A stretch of 64,000 nt of DNA. Source: Thiolinea sp. Its GTDB lineage: Bacteria > Pseudomonadota > Gammaproteobacteria > Thiotrichales > Thiotrichaceae. Under the pieces are notes generated by a model, which was not told the DNA's origin, did no database searches, and was given only the letters and a program-made list of their open reading frames with translations. The first letter of the stretch is position 1; the number at the start of each line of letters is the position of its first letter. The stretch is taken from assembly GCA_049290875.1 (NCBI GenBank), contig JBATOI010000013.1, positions 47,159 to 111,158 on the forward strand, written 5' to 3'. This document shows, in pieces, positions 48,493-55,200 of the stretch. Both the position numbers and the translations under genes were made by a program.

Positions 48493-49007
48493 GCTGGGTT
48501 CTCCTTGCGGATAATGCCCTCTCCCCCAGCCCCTCCCCCCAAATAGGGGAGGGGAGCAAGAGAAGCCGACTCCGAAAAACAAGCACTGCACTCTTTAGCC
48601 CCTTTCCCATCTGGGGAGAGGGGTTGGGGAGAGGGCTTCTCCGTCTGGGGGTTGGGGAGAGAACTTCTTAACGCTTCTTCCACCCGCTCCAACACCCCAA
48701 CCTGATCCCCCCTCCACTCCCGATTAGCCACCCGCATCACCCGATACCCTTCCGCCATCAACCACTCATCCCGCGCCGCATCATACCCCCGCTGCTCATC
48801 GTCCAGATGCCAATCACCATCCAACTCCACGATCAACCGCGCCTCCATGCAAACAAAATCCACCACATAACCCCCAATCACCTGCTGCCGCCGAAACTTA
48901 AACCCACCCAAACGCTTCGCCCGCACACAAGCCCAAAACGCCTGCTCAAATACCGTTGAATTCGCCCGCAACTCCCGCGCCCGATCCCTCATCCCTTCTC
49001 GAATCAT
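48489..49007 (-). CDS. DUF559 (Vsr-like endonuclease fold) protein with a repeat-encoded C-terminal tail
   Basis: RARELRANSTVFEQAFW...GGYVVDFVCMEARLIVELDGDWH... is the DUF559 core. The last about 55 aa are translated from REP-like copies B1-B3. Confidence 0.8.
   Translation of the reverse strand: MIREGMRDRARELRANSTVFEQAFWACVRAKRLGGFKFRRQQVIGGYVVDFVCMEARLIVELDGDWHLDDEQRGYDAARDEWLMAEGYRVMRVANREWRGDQVGVLERVEEALRSSLPNPQTEKPSPQPLSPDGKGAKECSACFSESASLAPLPYLGGGAGGEGIIRKENPA
48516..48565 (+). repeat. REP-like element, copy B1
   Basis: GCCCTCTCCCCCAGCCCCTCCCCCCAAATAGGGGAGGGGAGCAAGAGAAG, same orientation as copy A. Confidence 0.8.
48597..48667 (-). repeat. REP-like elements, copies B2 plus partial B3 (inverted orientation)
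   Basis: AGCCCCTTTCCCATCTGGGGAGAGGGGTTGGGGAGAGGGCTTC is the reverse complement of the copy-A consensus. A partial copy lies at 48645-48667. Confidence 0.8.
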
Positions 49008-50551
49008 GTAAAATCCCCCTCTTTAAGCCCCTCCCTCATCTGGGGGGAGGGGTTTGGGGAGAGGGTTTCTTCCATCGGAACAGTGTTTGGGGAGAGGGCT
49101 TCTTGCGGAGAAAGCGCCTCTAACAATTCCCGCAACCCCGCTATTGCAGCTTCAAGCTCACCCAACGCTTCCGCCGCCAGCTCTTCCGGCTCTGGCAAAT
49201 TCGCCGCATCCACGCTGTTCTCATCTTTCAGCCAGCTAATATCCAGCGAATCACCCTTGGTATCGCGCACATACTCCCGACTAAAGCAGCGCCAGCGCCC
49301 ATTCTCACTCTGATCAACACGCGGCTTTTCTGCATAACACACTTCAAACGGCGCAAGGTGCGCCGCACTAAACGGCGTGCGCTTACCGAAGCTGGTCATA
49401 TTGGTGCGCAAGTCATACACCCAGATATGTTGCGTGCAGTTCTCGTCCTGATCCTTGTTGTCTGCCGTGCCACGGGTGAAAAACAGCACATTGGTTTTGA
49501 CCCCTTGCGCGTAGAAAATCCCCGTTGGCAAACGCAAGATTGTGTGCAGATTGCACTTGTGCATCAAGTCACGGCGGATCTCCGTCCCCACGCCTGCCTC
49601 AAACAGCACATTATCAGGCAATACCACCGCAGCCCGCCCACCCGGTTTGAGGGTGCGGTAAATGTGTTGCAGGAAAGCCAGTTGCTTGTTGCTGGTTTTG
49701 TAGGTGAGGTCATCGCGGGTAATGCTGGCTTCGCCGCCCTTAGCCGTGCCGAACGGTGGATTCGCCAGCACGATGTCGCATTTTTTCAGCGTCGCCCCGA
49801 CTTGCCCCAAGGCATTGCCCAGATGCACCACGCCCTCGTTGTCGCCTTCCATGCCATGCAGCAAACAGTTCATCAGGGCGAGACGGCGCGTACCGGGAAC
49901 AAGTTCCACGCCGATAAAAGCGTTGTTCACCTGAAAGTGTTGCTGCGCTTCGGGCAGGGCGTACAGGTTGTCGGTACGTTCCTTGATGTAGGCATCCGCC
50001 GCAATCAAAAAGCCCGCAGTGCCTGCCGCCGGGTCTTGAATGGTTTCGCCCGCTTGTGGCTGGATGCAATTCACCATGCTATTGATCAGCACCCGTGGGG
50101 TGAAATATTGCCCCGCGCCGGATTTGGTTTCGGAAGCGTTTTTCTCCAGCAAACCTTCGTACAAATCGCCCAAACCGTCGCGTTTCGCGCTGAACCAGTC
50201 GATTTGCTCTAACGCCTTCACCAGTTGTTCTAGGTGGCGCGGCTCACGCAAGCGGGTTTGCGCATCGGCATAAATCGCCGCAATCAGCGGGTCACGGTCT
50301 TTCGACAAATCCAGCAACATCTGCTTGTAATAGTTGAGCAGCACCAGCCCCGACTTGCCGTTGATGTCTGTCCAGCGCCGACCTTCCGGCAAGGTATGTT
50401 GCCCCAGCAAGCCCGCTTCGGTGTTTTCATGCACCATCTTTAAAAACAGCAGCAGCACCAGTTCGGCGACGTAATCGCTGTAATTGATGCCGTCGTCACG
50501 CAGTACGTCGCACAAATTCCAGAGCTTTTGCACGATGTCGTTATTGGTCAT
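49004..50551 (-). CDS. hsdM: type I restriction-modification DNA methyltransferase subunit
   Basis: HsdM N-terminal domain, GQYFTPR, and catalytic LANPPFG (NPPF) motif. The C-terminal about 33 codons are repeat-derived. Confidence 0.95.
   Translation of the reverse strand: MTNNDIVQKLWNLCDVLRDDGINYSDYVAELVLLLFLKMVHENTEAGLLGQHTLPEGRRWTDINGKSGLVLLNYYKQMLLDLSKDRDPLIAAIYADAQTRLREPRHLEQLVKALEQIDWFSAKRDGLGDLYEGLLEKNASETKSGAGQYFTPRVLINSMVNCIQPQAGETIQDPAAGTAGFLIAADAYIKERTDNLYALPEAQQHFQVNNAFIGVELVPGTRRLALMNCLLHGMEGDNEGVVHLGNALGQVGATLKKCDIVLANPPFGTAKGGEASITRDDLTYKTSNKQLAFLQHIYRTLKPGGRAAVVLPDNVLFEAGVGTEIRRDLMHKCNLHTILRLPTGIFYAQGVKTNVLFFTRGTADNKDQDENCTQHIWVYDLRTNMTSFGKRTPFSAAHLAPFEVCYAEKPRVDQSENGRWRCFSREYVRDTKGDSLDISWLKDENSVDAANLPEPEELAAEALGELEAAIAGLRELLEALSPQEALSPNTVPMEETLSPNPSPQMREGLKEGDFT
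49026..49104 (-). repeat. REP-like elements, copies C1 plus partial C2 (inverted orientation)
   Basis: C1 is 49026-49072, AGCCCCTCCCTCATCTGGGGGGAGGGGTTTGGGGAGAGGGTTTCTTC. C2 is 49085-49104, GTTTGGGGAGAGGGCTTCTT. Both lie inside the hsdM 3' coding end. Confidence 0.8.
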
Positions 50552-50564
50552 GGGAATTCCTTTG

Positions 50565-50619
50565 GAAGAAGCCCTCTCCCCCAGCCCCTCCCCCCAGATG
50601 AGGGAGGGGAGCAGGAGAA
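50565..50619 (+). repeat. REP-like element, copy D1
   Basis: GAAGAAGCCCTCTCCCCCAGCCCCTCCCCCCAGATGAGGGAGGGGAGCAGGAGAA, between hsdR and hsdM. Confidence 0.8.
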
Positions 50620-50650
50620 TCCAGCCTCAATAGTTTAATTCATCACTTGT

Positions 50651-53600
50651 TTAGCCCCTCTCCCATTTGGGGAGAGGGGTTGGGGAGAGGGCTTCCCACA
50701 AATGTTCACTCAATTGGTCGAGGACACTTTCTAACTGACCCGATAGCAGTTTGTCCAGCCGTTTCGCGCCGCCATCCCGTGCAAAGGTGCGATTGACGAA
50801 TTCGTGGTCGATCACGGTTTCATGCACCAGTTGTTTGGCAAGGCGTTCCAGCCAGTTGCGCTGCACGGGTGTCCACGGGTGCAGGCTGTAAATCCGCTGC
50901 ATTCCGGCTTGCACACGCTGTTCAAACGGTATCAAGGCTTCACCTAACGCCGCCTGACGAATATAGCCGATAATGCTGGCGGCAATGTCCTGATTGCTTT
51001 GGTTACGCCAAGCGGTTTGCAGGTTGACGGCGGAATAACCCGCGCTGTCCAGCAGCAATTTTACTTCACGCAATTGCTCACGGGTCAGGTCACGCGGTTT
51101 GTTGACTACCACGGCTAAGGCGGCGGATTGGTTGATCTGCTCGCGGATGAATTGGTTGAAGCTGTCCAGATAGTCAGCGGGTTTTTGGTACTGACCATAA
51201 CTTTGTTCGCGTACTAGCAGTTCGTCGTCATGCTCGGAAATCAGCGGATAGTATTCGCTGCCCAACAGTTGGCGGATGGCATCGACTTGTTGCAGCAAGC
51301 CGTGGTGCTGTCGCAAAAAGCTGGCGGCTTGTTTCACGCCCAACTGATGCAAATGCTGGTGCAACTTATCCGGCGCAACACCCCACAGGTTTTCCAGTTC
51401 ATCCAGTTTGGTTTTGAGTGCCGGTTTACGCTCGGCTTTGTTGGTGGCTTTACGCATTACCCGCATGATTTTCTGGTTGAGTTGGTTCAGCACGTCGTCG
51501 GCATGGCTGGTATTGGTTTGTTCCCCAGCCGTGGCAAGTGCCTGTTCCAAACTGCTGGGGTCGGTGAGTTCGCCGTACAGTTGTTCCAGCGTGATGTTCG
51601 GGTCTTTGACCAGCGGTTTCATGGTGGAAACGTCTTGCAGGCTGGCGTAAATATCCACCGGGTCATAGATTTTGAACACGGTTTTGCCAATTTCGTCACA
51701 ACGGCGCGTGGCTCGCCCGATCATTTGTTCGTAGAGGATGCGTGACGAAACGCGGCGCATGAACACCAGATGGGCGATTTCTTCCACATCAATCCCTGTG
51801 GTCAGCAAGTCCACGGTAATGGCAATGTTGGGGTAACGCTCGTTTTTGTACTGGCGGATCAGTTGCCTTACTTTATCGCTTTGCCCGGTGATTTTGCGTA
51901 CTGCTGCTTCATTGTAATCGTCTTCGTAGACTGCCTTGAAAGCCTCGTCCAGCAAGCGTTTGACCATATCGGCGTGCAAGTCGGTGGCACAGAAAATCAG
52001 GGTTTTTTCTTTGCCAAACGGGTCAAGTTCCTTGGCGAGTTGATCACAAATCACCTTGTTGAACTTTTCAGTGATCACCCGCTTGTTGAAGGCTTCTACC
52101 TTGAACCCGGTATCGTCCTCCAGTTCGGCGGTATCGACTGTGCCATCGCGGGTATTGAGGCGATTGACGGTTTCGCCTTTTTCAAACTTGATGCCGTTTT
52201 GACTCAATAGCGTGGTGTAACGGATCGGGGGTTCGTGGTCAATCAGCCAATCATCCGCCACGGCTTCGCGGTAGGAATAGGTGTAAACGGGCTTGCCGAA
52301 AATCTCGGTGGTGTGTTTCGCTGGCGTGGCAGTCAGCCCAATCTTGACCGCATCGAAATAGTCCAGCACACGGCGGTAACTGGATAAATACTGGCTGGCA
52401 GCACGGGTGCTGAGTTCGCCTTCAGTCATTTCCTGATCGAGCGTGTAACCCCGGTGCGCCTCATCAATAATAATGCAATCAAACTGGTCAACGGGCGGTG
52501 GCGTGTCAGACTGGAAAATTCGCATCACCATGGCCTGCACGGTAGCAACCTGAATACGGGTTTCTGCTTCGGCCTGCATATCCCCCAGTTCGGCAATATT
52601 GTAGATTTTGGACAGGGTTTGATTTTGCTCCAGCGGTGCTTCATTGAAAGCATCCTGTGCCTGATCGCCCAAGGCTGTGCGGTCAACCAGAAACAGGATG
52701 CGACGGAAATGCTCGGTCTTGAGGAAGCGATACATCAAGCCAATGATGGTGCGGGTTTTGCCCGTGCCAGTTGCCATTGCCAGCAAGCAGTGTTGCTGGT
52801 TGTTCTGTAACGCCCGCTCAGTCGCCTGAATGGCTTTTTCCTGATAATCCCGCAACTTGAGGTAAGCAAAACCTTCTTGCTGTAACAGTTGTTGTGCTTG
52901 TTCACGGCTGCGTTTCAGCCGATCCAGCAAGCCATCGGGGGTGTGAAATTGCTGCAACGCCAGTGCCGTATTCGCAGGTGAACGTACATCCCGAAACCAT
53001 GTGCCGGATTGTTCCTTGAGCTGCTGGATGAAGGGGCGACCATTGCACGAATACACGAATGGGATGTGGTAATGTCCCTCGGCTTCATCTGCCCACGGGA
53101 TATTTCGCCCTTCCTGTTCCCACGCCGCTTGCATGGCTGCTTCGACGCGAAAGCCACGGGCGTAGCGTTCGGCTTGGGTAATTTTTCCAGCAACGTTGGT
53201 ATTTTCGCGTTTGGCTTCAACCACTGCAATCGGGGTTAGTCCGGCAAATAGCACGTAATCGGCGCGTTGTTTGCTCGTGGTAGGCCATTCGGCAATGGCT
53301 TTGTTCTTGCCTTTTTCGGGGCGAGTGCCTTGTGCGTAGTGCAGCACTTGGCTGTCGGCTTCCCAACCTGCTTCCTGTAATTGCTGGTCTATGATAATGC
53401 GGGTGAGGTCTTCATCCAGTGTGACTTGTTTGCTGGCTTGGCGGATGCGCCTGCCCAAGGTTTGCAGATGTTGGGTATTGGTTTTGGCTTGCTGTGCTGT
53501 GGTGAGTTCAGCTTGCAAGGTTTTGATATGCTGTTCAAAAGCCTGTTGCTGCTTGAGCAGTTCCGCTTCGTATTGTTGCGCTTGTTGCTGGAAACGGCGG

Positions 53601-54187
53601 GCTTCTTCGTCCATCGCTTCCGCCAGTGCATCGGCTTCGGTTTTTTCCTGTTGCAACAAAGCCAGTAATTGCTGGTTGCTGTCCACCTGTTCATTGGCGG
53701 TTAGTAACTGGGTGCGTAATTGCCCGATTTGCCCCTGCAAATCACGCAATTGCTGGCTGGGGTCAGTGGGGGGAATAAATGCACCCGGTTTGAAACCGCT
53801 ATCTTGTTTGCCAAATGAGCGGTGAAACCAGATGGCCAGTTCACGCGCCACCTTCAAACCGTCCATTGCTTCCTTGTGCCGGGTCTGGAAACGGTGGGTA
53901 GCGTTATTGCCTTCGATGCGCAAGGTGTGGAAAAGCTGGCGGATAGCGGGTTCAAGTTGCACTTCACGATCCAGCCTGAACAGTAAATCCGCTTGGGTGG
54001 TATTGTCATCGAACAGAATACCATAGCGGGCTGCCATATCCTGCGCCATTGCCTCACCCAATTGGCGCAATTTTATTAGGGTGGTATTAGGATCGCTGGC
54101 AAACACCGCCTCAGCGGTACGGGCAAGCTGCCAAAATACTGGGCTATGTTCTTGCAGAAAAAAGAAATTACTAGTGTGCTGTTCCAT
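50651..54187 (-). CDS. hsdR: type I restriction endonuclease subunit R with an N-terminal DUF4145-like domain and coiled coil
   Basis: Helicase motif I LAMATGTGKT, motif II IIIDEAHRG, and an EcoEI-R-type C-terminal region. An extra about 260 aa sits at the N-terminus. Confidence 0.93.
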   Translation of the reverse strand: MEQHTSNFFFLQEHSPVFWQLARTAEAVFASDPNTTLIKLRQLGEAMAQDMAARYGILFDDNTTQADLLFRLDREVQLEPAIRQLFHTLRIEGNNATHRFQTRHKEAMDGLKVARELAIWFHRSFGKQDSGFKPGAFIPPTDPSQQLRDLQGQIGQLRTQLLTANEQVDSNQQLLALLQQEKTEADALAEAMDEEARRFQQQAQQYEAELLKQQQAFEQHIKTLQAELTTAQQAKTNTQHLQTLGRRIRQASKQVTLDEDLTRIIIDQQLQEAGWEADSQVLHYAQGTRPEKGKNKAIAEWPTTSKQRADYVLFAGLTPIAVVEAKRENTNVAGKITQAERYARGFRVEAAMQAAWEQEGRNIPWADEAEGHYHIPFVYSCNGRPFIQQLKEQSGTWFRDVRSPANTALALQQFHTPDGLLDRLKRSREQAQQLLQQEGFAYLKLRDYQEKAIQATERALQNNQQHCLLAMATGTGKTRTIIGLMYRFLKTEHFRRILFLVDRTALGDQAQDAFNEAPLEQNQTLSKIYNIAELGDMQAEAETRIQVATVQAMVMRIFQSDTPPPVDQFDCIIIDEAHRGYTLDQEMTEGELSTRAASQYLSSYRRVLDYFDAVKIGLTATPAKHTTEIFGKPVYTYSYREAVADDWLIDHEPPIRYTTLLSQNGIKFEKGETVNRLNTRDGTVDTAELEDDTGFKVEAFNKRVITEKFNKVICDQLAKELDPFGKEKTLIFCATDLHADMVKRLLDEAFKAVYEDDYNEAAVRKITGQSDKVRQLIRQYKNERYPNIAITVDLLTTGIDVEEIAHLVFMRRVSSRILYEQMIGRATRRCDEIGKTVFKIYDPVDIYASLQDVSTMKPLVKDPNITLEQLYGELTDPSSLEQALATAGEQTNTSHADDVLNQLNQKIMRVMRKATNKAERKPALKTKLDELENLWGVAPDKLHQHLHQLGVKQAASFLRQHHGLLQQVDAIRQLLGSEYYPLISEHDDELLVREQSYGQYQKPADYLDSFNQFIREQINQSAALAVVVNKPRDLTREQLREVKLLLDSAGYSAVNLQTAWRNQSNQDIAASIIGYIRQAALGEALIPFEQRVQAGMQRIYSLHPWTPVQRNWLERLAKQLVHETVIDHEFVNRTFARDGGAKRLDKLLSGQLESVLDQLSEHLWEALSPTPLPKWERG
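50653..50695 (-). repeat. REP-like element, copy D2 (inverted orientation)
   Basis: AGCCCCTCTCCCATTTGGGGAGAGGGGTTGGGGAGAGGGCTTC. It encodes the last residues (...EALSPTPLPKWERG); the hsdR stop codon (50651-50653) abuts the element, sharing only its first base. Confidence 0.8.
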
Positions 54188-54229
54188 ATCGCCCCTATCC
54201 CTGTAACCATTGTCGGTTTGTGCAACTGA

Positions 54230-54997
54230 TTATAAACGTTGCAGCAATTCGGCTTTTTTACTGGCAAATTCATCTTCGTTAAGGATGCCTTTTTGTTTCA
54301 GGTCGGCCAGTCGCTCGATCAGGGCGAAAATATCGCCGTTGTCTGTGGACACATTATTGCTTTTGTTATTGCGGACAGCGGTGTTGTTGGGGTAGTGCGG
54401 ATTAGGTGCGGTTGCAGGCGGGGCAGCTGGTGCAACGCCATTCACTGACACGATGGGCAATTGGTCGACGGGCACTATGCCGTATTGGCTGCTGAAAGTC
54501 ATGGAGTTATTGCTACCTTGCTGTTGTGATACGCCACCGATTTGATGATCCAGCGTGTTATAAACGGTGACTTGCCCGTTAATATCGACAGCCAAACGAC
54601 AGGTAGCTGGGAAGTAGGCGTAACGGCTATTATTTTGCCCTCCGGTGGTGGAGGCAATGCCCAACTCATCAGGCCACCAGTTACGGTTGCCTTGGGGGGC
54701 TTTGGGGTTATTGGTCGGCATGAACACCACTGGCTGACCTGATAATAGATTGGACAGTTCGACGCATAAGCCATCAACTTTGGCTTTCAGGCCGTAGTTG
54801 AACATATCGCCCACCATCGTCATGCCGCCTTGCATCCATTGCCCACTGCCGCCAAGTTCGGAATGGTTGAATTGCGCCATCGTGCCATTGCCATTCATGA
54901 CGGCATAGAGCAGGTGGGTAACGGCATCAGTAGAAACGCTATAGCGTTGTGCCAAATTATTGATGGCGTTTTGTCCGTAGTCGGTGAAAGTTTGCAT
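54230..54997 (-). CDS. SHOCT-domain protein
   Basis: C-terminal DIFALIERLADLKQKGILNEDEFASKKAELLQRL is a SHOCT motif. The conserved N-terminal GTMAQFNHSELGGSGQWMQGGMTMVGDMFN region is of unknown function. ATG at 54997. Confidence 0.8.
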   Translation of the reverse strand: MQTFTDYGQNAINNLAQRYSVSTDAVTHLLYAVMNGNGTMAQFNHSELGGSGQWMQGGMTMVGDMFNYGLKAKVDGLCVELSNLLSGQPVVFMPTNNPKAPQGNRNWWPDELGIASTTGGQNNSRYAYFPATCRLAVDINGQVTVYNTLDHQIGGVSQQQGSNNSMTFSSQYGIVPVDQLPIVSVNGVAPAAPPATAPNPHYPNNTAVRNNKSNNVSTDNGDIFALIERLADLKQKGILNEDEFASKKAELLQRL

Positions 54998-55200
54998 GGA
55001 ATGATCTCTAAAAAGCAGTAAGGGAGGCATTGTAATCCCATTTTACCATGCGCCGATGAATCGCCAACGATTTCGGTCACTTAACAGTCTCAGTCTCGCT
55101 ACCTCTAGTCTTACCCCACGCAACTTTCTAATCTCATTCTTGTTGGATTCAGCTGAGTTGTTTACTCTGGGTTCATCGCACTAACTAGAACGCTAAAGCC

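Noticed and set aside
48493-48591. 33-codon N-terminal extension of hsdS in the track ORF
   Set aside because: It is translated from REP-like copy B1 (GVGFSCSPPLFGGRGWGRG...). The canonical HsdS sequence begins at MTNQLPNGW (48492), which is coupled to the DUF559 stop.
47054-50695. Clustered ~45-nt repeats as a possible CRISPR array
   Set aside because: The copies are in mixed orientation, irregularly spaced and partly truncated. They are internally palindromic, lie inside or between R-M genes, and there are no cas genes. They behave like REP/BIME elements.
49358-53825. Numerous + strand ORFs (for example 284 aa at 49358..50212, 171 aa at 51230..51745, 146 aa at 51770..52210, 144 aa at 53391..53825)
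   Set aside because: All are antisense to hsdM or hsdR in the GC-rich island. Long antisense ORFs are expected in GC-rich coding DNA. Their sequences are low-complexity (R/G/A/V/L-rich) with no motifs.
47048-55200. Mobile-element boundaries for the R-M island
   Set aside because: I looked for an integrase, transposase, tRNA target and flanking direct repeats and found none. The island call rests on composition and gene content only, so no mobile_element feature is reported.
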